A stretch of 60,749 nt of DNA from an uncultured Enterobacteriaceae bacterium (GCA_964631735.1 CAZVZV010000230.1:1-60749); one strand, 5' to 3'; counted from the stretch's first letter, positions 28,772 to 38,101 are shown. Program-made: numbers and translations. Notes: a model not told the origin generated them from the sequence alone.

Positions 28772-29191
28772 GTGAAATACGCCCGAGTCGGACAGTTTCT
28801 TGCACGCCTGGACCAGCTGCGCATGGTGCAGTCGTTCCTGGAGGCGTTTTGCGCCGATTCCGGCCTGCCGCGCGAGCGCTGTCTGCGTCTCAACCTTGTG
28901 CTGGAGGAACTGTTCACCAACACCGTGAAACACGGGCATCGTGGTGATTGCGATGCACCAGTCTGGGTGGCGCTGTCGCGTACGGGCGACGCCGTACAGA
29001 TTGTCTACGAAGACAAGGCGCCCGCGTTCAACCCGTACGCGCACCTCCCCGAGGAGCCACCTGACACCACGCTCGAATTGCGCAAGGTCGGCGGGCTCGG
29101 TGTGCTGCTGACGAAGGAACTGGCGGCCTCCCGCGACTACGCCTACCTGTTCGGCCGCAACCGCATCCGTCTGACCCTCGCTGCGGGCTGA
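28772..29191 (+). CDS. RsbW/SpoIIAB-like anti-sigma-factor serine kinase (HATPase_c)
   Basis: ...LNLVLEELFTNTVKHGH (N-box)...VYEDKAPAFNP...GGLGVLLTKELA (G-box). GTG 28772, with GGGGAGGA upstream. Confidence 0.75.
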   Translation: MKYARVGQFLARLDQLRMVQSFLEAFCADSGLPRERCLRLNLVLEELFTNTVKHGHRGDCDAPVWVALSRTGDAVQIVYEDKAPAFNPYAHLPEEPPDTTLELRKVGGLGVLLTKELAASRDYAYLFGRNRIRLTLAAG

Positions 29192-29194
29192 GTC

Positions 29195-29281
29195 TGGTGC
29201 CCGGGGCCGGATTCGAACCGGCATGGCCTTGCGGCCCAGGGATTTTAAGTCCCATGCGTCTACCAATTTCGCCACCCGGGC
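29195..29281 (-). tRNA. tRNA-Leu (anticodon UAA)
   Basis: The reverse complement GCCCGGGTGGCGAAATTGGTAGACGCATGGGACTTAAAATCCC...GGTTCGAATCCGGCCCCGGGCACCA folds as a cloverleaf with a long variable arm and encoded CCA. Confidence 0.93.
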
Positions 29282-29301
29282 AGCGACGCGGCAAGGAAGT
29301 T

Positions 29302-29375
29302 TGGAGGCGGGAGTCGGAATCGAACCGGCGTCCACGGCTTTGCAGGCCGCTGCATGACCACTCTGCCATCCCGCC
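29302..29375 (-). tRNA. tRNA-Cys (anticodon GCA)
   Basis: The reverse complement is GGCGGGATGGCAGAGTGGTCATGCAGCGGCCTGCAAAGCCGTGGACGCCGGTTCGATTCCGACTCCCGCCTCCA. Confidence 0.93.
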
Positions 29376-29388
29376 CGGGGATGCAACG

Positions 29389-29414
29389 AAAAGGGAAGGC
29401 CTCCCGGCCTTCCC
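29389..29414 (-). terminator. intrinsic-terminator-like hairpin between tRNA-Gly and tRNA-Cys
   Basis: Minus strand reads GGGAAGGCC-GGGA-GGCCTTCCC followed by TTTT (9-bp GC-rich stem). Confidence 0.55.
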
Positions 29415-29424
29415 TAACCTGAAC

Positions 29425-29500
29425 TGGAGCGGGAGACGAGTCTCGAACTCGCGACCTCAACCTTGGCAAGGTTGCGCTCTACCAACTGAGCTACTCCCGC
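29425..29500 (-). tRNA. tRNA-Gly (anticodon GCC)
   Basis: The reverse complement is GCGGGAGTAGCTCAGTTGGTAGAGCGCAACCTTGCCAAGGTTGAGGTCGCGAGTTCGAGACTCGTCTCCCGCTCCA. Confidence 0.93.
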
Positions 29501-29523
29501 GTCATGGAGCCGGAAATTATAGC

Positions 29524-30090
29524 TCATCCCTGCACGTGAGGCAGAGCGCGGCGCAGGTAGTGCAGCATCGACACCACGGTCAGTACCGCGGCCACGTTGA
29601 TCAGGATGGTGCCGAGCAATTGCGTGTTCAGCAGCCCGAACAATTCATCGTGGAACAGCAGCAACGGGATGGCGATCATCTGGCTGACAGTCTTCACCTT
29701 GCCGATGTAAGCCACCGCCACGCTGGCCGACTGGCCGAGCTTGGCCATCCACTCGCGCAAGGCGGAAATCGCAATCTCGCGACCGATGATGATCAGCGCG
29801 ATGACCGGCTCGACGCGCTCCAGTTGCACCAGCATGATCAGCGCGGCCGCCACGATCAGCTTGTCAGCCACCGGGTCGAGGAAGGCACCGAAGGCGGACA
29901 TCTGGTTGAGCGCGCGTGCAAGGTAGCCATCGAGCCAGTCGCTGAGCGCCGCGACCACGAATATCGCGCAGGCGGCGACATTCTTTCCCGTGCTCGACAG
30001 CCACGCCTCAGGCAGGTAGAACACGCCGATGATCAGCGGGATCATGAGGATGCGCAGCCAGGTCACCAGATTCGGCAGGTTCAGCGGCAT
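29524..30090 (-). CDS. pgsA: CDP-diacylglycerol--glycerol-3-phosphate 3-phosphatidyltransferase
   Basis: MPLNLPNLVTWLRILMIPL...SDWLDGYLAR...GAFLDPVADKL contains the CDP-alcohol phosphatidyltransferase motif. It follows the classic uvrC-pgsA-tRNA Gly/Cys/Leu order. Confidence 0.92.
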   Translation of the reverse strand: MPLNLPNLVTWLRILMIPLIIGVFYLPEAWLSSTGKNVAACAIFVVAALSDWLDGYLARALNQMSAFGAFLDPVADKLIVAAALIMLVQLERVEPVIALIIIGREIAISALREWMAKLGQSASVAVAYIGKVKTVSQMIAIPLLLFHDELFGLLNTQLLGTILINVAAVLTVVSMLHYLRRALPHVQG

Positions 30091-31856
30091 CAGTGCAAGG
30101 CCTTGTAGATACGCTCGGCAAGCGGCCGGCTGATGCCCTCGACTTGCGCAATTTCGTCGACTGCCGCCGCCTGGACGTCGCGCAGCCCGCCGAAGTGCGC
30201 CAGCAGGCGCTGACGCCGCTGCGCCCCGATGCCCGGGATCTCGCTCAGCGACGAGGTGGTACGCGACTTGGCGCGCCGCGCCCGGTGGCCAACGATGGCG
30301 AAGCGGTGCGCCTCGTCGCGGATCTGCTGCACCAGGTGCAATCCAGGATGCACCGTGGGCAGCTGGAGGCTGCGCTCACCGGCGTCGAGGATCAGCTCTT
30401 CCAGTCCGGGCTTGCGCAGCGCGCCCTTGGCGACGCCGACCACGGTGACCTCGTGCAGGCCGATCTCTGCCAGCGCCAGCCGGGCCGCCGAAACCTGTCC
30501 CCTGCCTCCGTCGATCAGCAGCAGATCCGGCATCTTGCCCTCCTGCGCGCTGACGCGTGCGTAGCGCCTGGTCAGCGCCTGGCGCATCGCCGCGTAGTCG
30601 TCCCCGGGCGTGATGTCGCGCAAGTTGAAGCGCCGGTATTCGCCCTTTTGCATCGCGTGCCGGTCGTACACCACGCACGACGCGACAGCCGCCTCGCCCA
30701 TGGTGTGGCTGACGTCGAAACATTCGATGCGCTGCGCCGAATCCGGCAGGCCGAGTGCTTCGCGCAGCGCCGCCAGGCGTTCTTCCTGCGCATTGCGTTG
30801 CCGGGCGCGCTGCTCCAGGGCCAGTTCGGCGTTCTTCGCCGCCATTGCCACCCACACGCGCCGCTCGCCTTGCGTCGGCACCAGTGCGTCGAAGTCCACC
30901 GCGTGGCTTGCCAGCACCAGCGGCGGAGCCGGCTGCGCCAGATAGTGCTGCTCGAGAAAAGCCTGCAACACCTCTTCCGGGGCAGCGGAGTCCGCGTTGG
31001 CGGGAAAGAAACTGCGGTCGCCGACGTGGCGGCCGCCACGGATCATCGTCAGATTCACGCAGGCCAATGCGCCCTTGACCACGCAGGCGACGACGTCGCA
31101 GTCGACGCCGCGCTCGGATTCCACGTATTGCCGCGCCTGCACGCGCGACAGCGCGCGCACCTGGTCGCGATAACCGGCCGCGGCTTCATATTGCCTCGCT
31201 GCGGACGCAGCCTGCATGCGTTCGGTGAGCCGCTGCATGACGTCGTCCTCGCGTCCCTTCAGGAACAGCTCGGCGTGCAGCACGTCCTGGGCGTAGGACT
31301 GTTCGCCGATCAGCGCGGTGCAAGGCGCGGTGCAGCGCCGGATCTGATGCAGCAGGCAGGGCCGCGAGCGGTTCTCGAACATCGTGTCTTCGCAGCTGCG
31401 CAGACGGAACACCCGCTGCAGCAATTGGATGCTCTCGCGTACCGCCGAGGCGTGCGGAAACGGGCCGAAGTAGCGGTGGCGGGAGTCGCGCGCCCCACGG
31501 TGGAAACCCAGGCGCGGGAAGCGGTGCCCGCTGAGCGTCAGGTACGGGTAGGACTTGTCGTCGCGGAACAGGATGTTGTAGCGCGGCGCGAGGCTCTTGA
31601 TGAAATTGTTCTCCAGCAGCAGGGCCTCGGCTTCGGAGCGCGTCACCGTCACTTCGACCTGCGCCACCTGCGCCAGCATCATGCGGATGCGCGGGCTGGC
31701 GACGCTATTGTGGAAATAGCTTGCCACGCGCTTCTTCAGGTCGCGCGCCTTACCGACGTACAGAGCATCGCCGGCCGGTCCCAGCATGCGGTAGACGCCG
31801 GGCAGGCTGGGCAGCCCGGCAACAAAGCCCTTCGGGTCGAGGCGCGGTGCGTCCAT
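30090..31856 (-). CDS. uvrC: excinuclease ABC subunit C
   Basis: GIY-YIG N-terminus LPSLPGVYRMLGPAGDALYVGKARDLKKRVASYF, then ...ECFDVSHTMGE...DEAHRFAI..., then a C-terminal HhH. The stop overlaps the pgsA ATG by 1 nt. Confidence 0.92.
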   Translation of the reverse strand: MDAPRLDPKGFVAGLPSLPGVYRMLGPAGDALYVGKARDLKKRVASYFHNSVASPRIRMMLAQVAQVEVTVTRSEAEALLLENNFIKSLAPRYNILFRDDKSYPYLTLSGHRFPRLGFHRGARDSRHRYFGPFPHASAVRESIQLLQRVFRLRSCEDTMFENRSRPCLLHQIRRCTAPCTALIGEQSYAQDVLHAELFLKGREDDVMQRLTERMQAASAARQYEAAAGYRDQVRALSRVQARQYVESERGVDCDVVACVVKGALACVNLTMIRGGRHVGDRSFFPANADSAAPEEVLQAFLEQHYLAQPAPPLVLASHAVDFDALVPTQGERRVWVAMAAKNAELALEQRARQRNAQEERLAALREALGLPDSAQRIECFDVSHTMGEAAVASCVVYDRHAMQKGEYRRFNLRDITPGDDYAAMRQALTRRYARVSAQEGKMPDLLLIDGGRGQVSAARLALAEIGLHEVTVVGVAKGALRKPGLEELILDAGERSLQLPTVHPGLHLVQQIRDEAHRFAIVGHRARRAKSRTTSSLSEIPGIGAQRRQRLLAHFGGLRDVQAAAVDEIAQVEGISRPLAERIYKALH

Positions 31857-31930
31857 GCGGAGAAGGAATTCTAGCGCCAGCCTGCAGAATCAGTGTAAAC
31901 TTCGCGCCCTTTTCCGCCCGCCCGACAGCC

Positions 31931-32497
31931 ATGGCCAAGGTCTCCGCAGTAGAAATCCGTGTCGGCAACCTGCTCGAATGGGACAAGCGCGTGTGGCGCG
32001 TGCTCAAGTGCTACCACGTGCACGTCGGCGGACGCGGCGGTGCCTTCATGCAGGTCGAGATGAAGGACATCGAGGCGGGCACCAAGACCAACCAGCGCTT
32101 CCGCACCGAGGACAAGATCGAGCGTGCCTTCGTCGACGCGCGCGACATGCAGTTTCTCTACCAGGATGGCGGGGGCTTCGTGTTCATGGACCAGGAGAAC
32201 TACGAGCAGCTGACGCTGCCGGCGGAGTTCCTCGAAAGCCAGGCGGGCTTCCTGCTGCCCAACGCCGAGGTGCAGATCAATTTCTACAACGGCCGCGCCA
32301 TCGGCATCGAGATCCCGCCTTCGGTGGTGCTCACCGTGGTGGACACGGAGCCCGGCATCAGGAACGCCACCGCCACCAATACCTTCAAGCCGGCAACGAT
32401 GGAAACCGGCATCACCGTGCAGGTGCCGCCCTTCATCAACAAGGGCGAGAAGATCAAGATCGACACCATCCAAGGCACCTACATGGAGCGCGGCTAG
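31931..32497 (+). CDS. efp: elongation factor P (Arg at the modified-loop position)
   Basis: 188 aa, MAKVSAVEIRVGNLLEWDKRVWRVLKCYHVHVGGRGGAFMQVEMKD...KPATMETGITVQVPPFINKGEKIKIDT. The long ORF from 31721 was rejected. Confidence 0.88.
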   Translation: MAKVSAVEIRVGNLLEWDKRVWRVLKCYHVHVGGRGGAFMQVEMKDIEAGTKTNQRFRTEDKIERAFVDARDMQFLYQDGGGFVFMDQENYEQLTLPAEFLESQAGFLLPNAEVQINFYNGRAIGIEIPPSVVLTVVDTEPGIRNATATNTFKPATMETGITVQVPPFINKGEKIKIDTIQGTYMERG

Positions 32498-33525
32498 GCC
32501 AGCGCTTCGAACGCCAGCTGCGCTTCGCGGTAGGCCACGCTGTTTCTCAGGTCGCGCGCACCACCCCGGCGCCGCATGCGTTCCGCCCGGTGCGCCGCCG
32601 CCAGCGGGACATCGCCCAGCGCATCCAGCAGGCGTTCCTGCCCCCGTGGATCATTGCACAGCAAGACCATGTCGCAGCCGGCAGCCAACGCCGCGCGCGC
32701 GCGCGCGCCAAAGTTGCCAGCGGATCTGGCGCCCGCCATCGACAGGTCATCGCTGAAGATCAGTCCGCCAAACCCCAGCTGAGTGCGCAAGACATCCTGC
32801 AACCAGACTCGCGAGTAGCCTGCGGGCTCGCTGTCCACGCACGGATAGATGACATGCGCGGGCATCACCGCTGCGAGGCCCGCCTTGATTGCCGCGACAT
32901 AGGGAGGAAGGTCCTTGCGCCGGATCTCCGCCAGCGACCGGTCGTCGATCGGCACGGCAACGTGCGAGTCCGCCACTGCGTAGCCATGGCCGGGAAAGTG
33001 TTTCCCCACGGCAGGCATGCCGCCTTCGTCCAATCCTCCGATCAGCGCCGCGGCCAGCGCGCCGGCGGCGAGCGGATCGAAGTGCAGGGCGCGGTCGCCG
33101 ATCACCGTGCTCGAACCGTAGTCCAGGTCCAGCACCGGCGTGAAGCTGAAATCCAGCCCGTGCGCGGCCAGCTCGGCAGCGATCACATAGCCGGCGGCAT
33201 GGGCGGCCGCCCGTCCCGCCTCTCGGTCCCGGTCCCAAAGCCTGCCGAGCGCACGCATGGGCGGCAGCGCGGTGAAGCCCTCCTTGAAGCGCTGCACCCG
33301 CCCGCCTTCGTGGTCAACGCCGATGAGCAGTTGCGGCTCGCGCAGCGCGCGGATCTCTTGCGTCAGCGCCTGCAGCTGGTCGGGATTCTCGTAGCTGCGG
33401 CTGAACAGGACGACGCCGCCCGCGGCCGGATGCAGCATGCGGCGGCGGTCGTCTTCGGTCAGCACCGCACCCTGGGGGTCCAGCACCACGGGACCCAGGG
33501 GCAAGCGGGCCCTCAGCCGTCGCAT
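32494..33525 (-). CDS. nagZ: beta-N-acetylhexosaminidase
   Basis: ...GGVVLFSRSYENPDQL...IGVDHEGGRVQRF...GKHFPGHGYAVADSH...VIYPCVD...FSDDLSM. Confidence 0.9.
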   Translation of the reverse strand: MRRLRARLPLGPVVLDPQGAVLTEDDRRRMLHPAAGGVVLFSRSYENPDQLQALTQEIRALREPQLLIGVDHEGGRVQRFKEGFTALPPMRALGRLWDRDREAGRAAAHAAGYVIAAELAAHGLDFSFTPVLDLDYGSSTVIGDRALHFDPLAAGALAAALIGGLDEGGMPAVGKHFPGHGYAVADSHVAVPIDDRSLAEIRRKDLPPYVAAIKAGLAAVMPAHVIYPCVDSEPAGYSRVWLQDVLRTQLGFGGLIFSDDLSMAGARSAGNFGARARAALAAGCDMVLLCNDPRGQERLLDALGDVPLAAAHRAERMRRRGGARDLRNSVAYREAQLAFEALA

Positions 33526-33896
33526 TCAAGGATCACAGTGGCGCCAGCCATGCTGCGCTCATCGGTCAACGTGAGGTGGCAGCGCCGGATGCCGCGTTGC
33601 TGCAGCAGCGCGCAAACTGCGGCGGAGAATTCCAGCTGGGGCTTGCCCGACTTCAGGTTGATCACCCACACGCCGTGCCAGTTCGCCGGCGCGTGGATCC
33701 CGGTGCCGAGCGCCTTGGTGAACGCCTCCTTCGCCGCGAAGCGCTTGGCGAGATAGGCCGCCGGCTTCGCGTGGCCGTGAAAGCGCCGCAGTTCCGGCTC
33801 GCACAGGATGCGGCGTGCAAAGCGCTCGCCAAAGCGTGCCAGCGCGCGCTCGACGCGCGCAATTTCGATCAGGTCGCTGCCGAGGCCGTAGATCAC
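33513..33896 (-). CDS. acpS: holo-[acyl-carrier-protein] synthase
   Basis: [16 protein letters not shown]...[15 protein letters not shown]. Confidence 0.9.
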   Translation of the reverse strand: MIYGLGSDLIEIARVERALARFGERFARRILCEPELRRFHGHAKPAAYLAKRFAAKEAFTKALGTGIHAPANWHGVWVINLKSGKPQLEFSAAVCALLQQRGIRRCHLTLTDERSMAGATVILECDG

Positions 33897-34639
33897 CTTG
33901 CGGCCCGCACGATGAGCTGCTTCATCTCGCGTACCGCCTCTCGCATGCCAACGAATACGGCCCGGCTGACGATGGCATGCCCGATGTGCAACTCGCGCAC
34001 GCCCGGCAGCCGCGCCACTGGCTCGACGTTGACGTAATTGAGGGCGTGGCCGGCATTGAAGCGCATGCCGAGGGCCTGGATCCGTTCGCCCGCAAGACGG
34101 ATCTTCTGCAGTTCGGCGACGACTGCCGGCGATTCGGCACTGCGCCCCTTGGCATGAAAGGCATGCGCGTAGGGCCCAGTGTGCACTTCACACACCGCGG
34201 CACCGATGCGCTGGGCGGCCTCGACCTGGCTCGCCTGCGCGTCGATGAACACCGAAACGACGATGCCGCCTTGCGCCAGCCGTGCGACCGCTTCGCGCAA
34301 GCGGCTTTCCTGCGCGACGATGTCCAGCCCGCCTTCGGTAGTGATCTCGTGCCGTCCCTCCGGCACCAGCATCGCCATCTCCGGCCGGATGCGCCGCGCC
34401 AATTCCACCATCTCGTCGGTGGCGGCCATTTCCAGGTTGAGCCTGATGTGGGTCAGCTCGCGCAGCCGGCGCACGTCCTCGTCCTGGATGTGGCGCCGGT
34501 CCTCGCGCAGATGCACCGTGATGCCATCAGCGCCGCCAAGCTGCGCCTCCCGTGCCGCCAGGACCGGGTCGGGTTCATAGGTGCGGCGCGCCTGCCGTAC
34601 CGTCGCCACGTGGTCCACATTGACGCCCAGCTCGATCAT
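33893..34639 (-). CDS. pdxJ: pyridoxine 5'-phosphate synthase
   Basis: [18 protein letters not shown]...[12 protein letters not shown]...LNLEMA...VCEVHTG. Confidence 0.92.
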   Translation of the reverse strand: MIELGVNVDHVATVRQARRTYEPDPVLAAREAQLGGADGITVHLREDRRHIQDEDVRRLRELTHIRLNLEMAATDEMVELARRIRPEMAMLVPEGRHEITTEGGLDIVAQESRLREAVARLAQGGIVVSVFIDAQASQVEAAQRIGAAVCEVHTGPYAHAFHAKGRSAESPAVVAELQKIRLAGERIQALGMRFNAGHALNYVNVEPVARLPGVRELHIGHAIVSRAVFVGMREAVREMKQLIVRAAR

Positions 34640-35355
34640 AGTTCCTGCAGCTCCCGCAGCACCTCGCGCGTATGCAGCGTCTGCCCCGACAGGCGCGCGG
34701 CGATCAGCCAGCGCATCAGGCGGCGCGCCTCGTCGCGCGTTTCAGCGCGCGCATAGTCGTCGCGCGCCATGTCGAGCAGCGTCTGTCCGCCGACGGTGAA
34801 TGCCTGCCCGGCGTCGCCGTTGGCGGCCAGCGGTCCGCGCTCCGGCTCGTACACATAGCGGCGCGCGGGCTCCACCGGCTGGCCGTTGCCGGCGTCGCGC
34901 TCGAGCAGAGGAGCATAGCCAATTTCGGTCAGCAGCCTGCGCTCGAAGCCGCGCATCACGGCCGAGTGATTCTCGCGCTCACCGAGGCGCGCCACGCAGT
35001 CGGCGTAGGCGTCGAACAGCGCTTCGTGCGCGTCCTCCCGTGGCAGCAGCTTGAGCAGCAATTCGTTGATATAGAAGCCGCACATCAGGCCCCTGCCTGC
35101 CAGCGCCGCCTGACCGCCGACCCAATCGACGGCCAGCAGCGTGCCCAGTTCGGCGGAGGCGCTCCAGCTCAGTCGCAGGGGATGGAAGGCGAGCAGGCTG
35201 CCGCGCATCGCTGAGCGCGGCCGCCTCGCGCCGCGTGCCAGCAATCCGACGCGGCCGCGGTGGCGCGTGAATGCCTCGACGATCAGGCTGGTCTCCTTGT
35301 AGGGATAGCTGTGCAGGACGAAGGCTGGCTCGTGCTCGGTGCGCCGGCGTGTCAT
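34636..35355 (-). CDS. recO: DNA repair protein RecO
   Basis: ...[37 protein letters not shown]... ATG 35355 overlaps the era stop (ATGA). The longer ORF to 35544 was rejected. Confidence 0.85.
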   Translation of the reverse strand: MTRRRTEHEPAFVLHSYPYKETSLIVEAFTRHRGRVGLLARGARRPRSAMRGSLLAFHPLRLSWSASAELGTLLAVDWVGGQAALAGRGLMCGFYINELLLKLLPREDAHEALFDAYADCVARLGERENHSAVMRGFERRLLTEIGYAPLLERDAGNGQPVEPARRYVYEPERGPLAANGDAGQAFTVGGQTLLDMARDDYARAETRDEARRLMRWLIAARLSGQTLHTREVLRELQEL

Positions 35356-36236
35356 GCGTAGCCCAGCTGGCGCAGCATGCGCTCGTCGTCGGTCCAGCTG
35401 CGCCTGACCTTGACCCAGACCTGCAGGAAGACCTTGCCGCCAAACAGGCGTTCCATGTCTTTGCGCGCTTCGGTGGAAATGCGCTTCAGCGTGGCGCCCT
35501 GCTTGCCGATGACGATCGGCTTGTGGCTTTCGCGTTCGACCCACAGGGTGGCCTCGATACGCCGCAGCCGTCCTTCCTCGCGGAAGCTGTCGATCATCGC
35601 CTCGCAGCGGTAAGGCAGCTCCTCGCCCAGCAACCTGAAGATCTTCTCGCGCAGCAGTTCCGCCGCGAAAAAACGCTCGTCGCGGTCGGTGAGCTGGTCA
35701 GCCGGATAGGCCGCCGCGCACTCGGGCAGGCGCTCGCGCAATACCCGCAGCAGCTCCGGAATATTGCGGCCGCTCGCCGCTGACACCGGCACGATCGCGT
35801 CGAACTTGCGCTCGCGCGCCAGGCGCTCGAGGAACGGCAGCAGCTTTTCTGCGGGGCGCACCAGGTCGACTTTGTTGACCACCGCCACCAACGGCATGTC
35901 TTGCGGCACTTTGCCCAATGCTGCACGGTCGGCAGAGTCGAAGTGCAGCGCTTCCAGCACAAATGCCACCACGTCCACATCCCGCGCCGCCTCGCCGGCG
36001 CGGCGGTTGAGCGAGCGGTTGAGCAGGTTGCGGTGCCGCAACTGGAACCCGGGCGAATCGACGAATGCATACTGGCAGTCCGCGCTGGTCAGGATGCCGG
36101 TCAGCAGGTGCCGCGTGGTCTGCTCGCGTGACGAGACGATCGCCAGCTTCTGTCCCAGCAGCCTGTTGAGCAGGCTGGACTTGCCGGTGTTCGGCCTGCC
36201 CACCAGGCCCACGCTGCCGCTGCGGAAGCCGCTCAT
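35352..36236 (-). CDS. era: GTPase Era
   Basis: GSVGLVGRPNTGKSSLLN...DSPG...NKVD... plus a C-terminal KH domain (VERESHKPIVIGKQGATLKRI). The longer ORF to 36764 was rejected. Confidence 0.92.
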   Translation of the reverse strand: MSGFRSGSVGLVGRPNTGKSSLLNRLLGQKLAIVSSREQTTRHLLTGILTSADCQYAFVDSPGFQLRHRNLLNRSLNRRAGEAARDVDVVAFVLEALHFDSADRAALGKVPQDMPLVAVVNKVDLVRPAEKLLPFLERLARERKFDAIVPVSAASGRNIPELLRVLRERLPECAAAYPADQLTDRDERFFAAELLREKIFRLLGEELPYRCEAMIDSFREEGRLRRIEATLWVERESHKPIVIGKQGATLKRISTEARKDMERLFGGKVFLQVWVKVRRSWTDDERMLRQLGYA

Positions 36237-36904
36237 GCGCCCAGTTGGCGCAGCAGCGCCTCGGCCGCTTGTTGTTCCGCGGCGCGCCTTGACTCGCCCC
36301 TGCCCGTCGCGCGCAAGCCGAGCTGCTCCACCATGCATTCGACCTCGAAGGTCTGCCGGTGCGCGGCGCCTTGCGTCGCGACGACGTGGTAGCTGGGCAA
36401 ACCCTGCCCGCGCCCCTGCAGCAATTCCTGCAGGCGCGTCTTCGGATCCTTGGCGGTGGTGCAGGGATCCAGAGTGTCGAGCGCAGCGCCGAAGGTCCTG
36501 CAGACCGTTGCGTGCGCGCGCTCGTATCCGGCATCCAGGAACACGGCGCCGTAGAGTGCCTCCAGCGTATCGGCCAGGATCGAAGGCCGTGCTGCGCCGC
36601 CGCTCGCGCTCTCGCCTTCGCCCAGCCGCAGGTACTCGCCGAGACCGAGGTCGCGCGCCAACGCCGCAAGCGATTCCTTGCGCACCAGGCCGGCACGCAG
36701 GCGCGAAAGATCGCCTTCGTTCAGGGCCGGGAAACGGGCAAAAAGCTCCTGCGCCATGACGCAACCCAGCACCCCGTCGCCGAGGAATTCGAGGCGCTCG
36801 TTGTGCGGCGAACCGAAGCTGCGGTGCGTCAGCGCCTGCTCGAGCAGCTCGGCGCGCAGGAACCGATGGCCGAGGAGCTCCTCGAGGCGCGCGGTGCTGG
36901 ACAA
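36233..36904 (-). CDS. rnc: ribonuclease III
   Basis: ...ALTHRSFG...NERLEFLGDGVLG... plus a C-terminal dsRBD. TTG 36904 is assumed as start, because no ATG precedes the conserved N-terminus. Confidence 0.88.
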   Translation of the reverse strand: MSSTARLEELLGHRFLRAELLEQALTHRSFGSPHNERLEFLGDGVLGCVMAQELFARFPALNEGDLSRLRAGLVRKESLAALARDLGLGEYLRLGEGESASGGAARPSILADTLEALYGAVFLDAGYERAHATVCRTFGAALDTLDPCTTAKDPKTRLQELLQGRGQGLPSYHVVATQGAAHRQTFEVECMVEQLGLRATGRGESRRAAEQQAAEALLRQLGA

Positions 36905-36923
36905 GCTGCTGACGCCGCCCCGG

Positions 36924-37283
36924 TCAGTTCTTGGTCGACGCCGTAAAGTCGATGTAGATGCCAAGGTTGGCGAACAACGGGACCTCCCTGCGCCAGGCAG
37001 CGGACACCAGGTATTCGTTGCCTTCCCTGCTGATCTCCAGGTCGCTCGACTTGACGCTGTTGATGTCGTCGATGGCGGAGCGGTTCTCAAACGCGCGGCG
37101 GATGTCTGCCACCGAGGGGTTGCGGCCGCGTGTATCAACCGCGATCCCCGCCAGCGCTTTCTTGACGGAGCCGTATTCGATGTACGAGGGCACCAGCTTC
37201 ATCCCCAGCAGCAAGACGAAAATGACGACCACCCCGCCGATGATCAGCCCTGTCAATGTGAGTCCCTGCTGCCGGTTGCGCAT
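36924..37283 (-). CDS. DUF4845-like small membrane protein
   Basis: 119 aa, MRNRQQGLTLTGLIIGGVVVIFVLLLGMKLVPSYIEY... Lies in the conserved slot between lepB and rnc. Confidence 0.7.
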   Translation of the reverse strand: MRNRQQGLTLTGLIIGGVVVIFVLLLGMKLVPSYIEYGSVKKALAGIAVDTRGRNPSVADIRRAFENRSAIDDINSVKSSDLEISREGNEYLVSAAWRREVPLFANLGIYIDFTASTKN

Positions 37284-37309
37284 GGTCGATCTCCTGTCGG
37301 AAGAGGCCT

Positions 37310-38098
37310 TCATCGAAACGAGCCGAAGCGGCCAAGCTCGCCGAGGTTGAGCCAGATGAAGAAGGCCCGGCCGACAATGTTTTCGTCGGGCACGAAACCC
37401 CAGACCCTGCTGTCGCTCGAATTGTCGCGGTTGTCGCCCATCACGAAATAGTGGCCCGCCGGAACGGTGCACGTCACTCCCACCATATTGTAGTTGCAAT
37501 TGCCGAAATGCGGGAATGCGCGCGCCTGCGGCACGAAGGCAGGCGCGTCCTCTTCCAGCATGATCTCGTGCTGGGCGCCCTCCAGCGTTTCGAGGAAGCG
37601 CCGCGAGTACTGCATGCGCTCGCGCGACAGGTAGTCCTCGATCTGCTGCAGCGCTACCGGCTGGCCATTGATCGACAGGCGCTTGCTGCGGTACTCGATG
37701 CGGTCGCCGGGGAGTCCGACCACCCGCTTGATGTAGTCGAGCGACGGATCCTCCGGAAAGCGGAACACCATCACGTCGCCGCGGCGCGGCGCATTGATGG
37801 CGACCAGCTTCACGTTGAGCACCGGCAGGCGGATGCCGTACGTGAACTTGTTGACCAGGATGAAATCGCCGACCAGCAGCGTCGGGATCATCGAGCCCGA
37901 GGGAATCTTGAACGGCTCGAACAGGAACGAGCGCAGCAGGAACACGATCAGGATCACGGGGAAGAAGCTGACCGAATACTCCACCCACCAGGGCTGCTTC
38001 GCGCCTGGCCGGCGCCGCTTGCGCAGCAGGGCCGCCTCCAGCGCCCACACACCGCCGGTCACCAGCAGCAGGATCAGCAGGAACAGGGCGAAATTCAC
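37310..38098 (-). CDS. lepB: signal peptidase I
   Basis: ...FKIPSGSMIPTLLVGDFILVNKF...GDVMVF...IKRVVGLPGD...GDNRDNSSDSR. Confidence 0.92.
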   Translation of the reverse strand: MNFALFLLILLLVTGGVWALEAALLRKRRRPGAKQPWWVEYSVSFFPVILIVFLLRSFLFEPFKIPSGSMIPTLLVGDFILVNKFTYGIRLPVLNVKLVAINAPRRGDVMVFRFPEDPSLDYIKRVVGLPGDRIEYRSKRLSINGQPVALQQIEDYLSRERMQYSRRFLETLEGAQHEIMLEEDAPAFVPQARAFPHFGNCNYNMVGVTCTVPAGHYFVMGDNRDNSSDSRVWGFVPDENIVGRAFFIWLNLGELGRFGSFR

Positions 38099-38101
38099 GG
38101 C

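Noticed and set aside
30093-31874. 593-aa ORF antisense to uvrC
   Set aside because: Same reasoning: UvrC motifs (GIY-YIG, HhH) are on the minus strand.
32494-32497. efp and nagZ stop codons share the palindrome CTAG (convergent 2-nt overlap of TAG/TAG)
   Set aside because: A curiosity of tight packing with no functional implication that can be supported.
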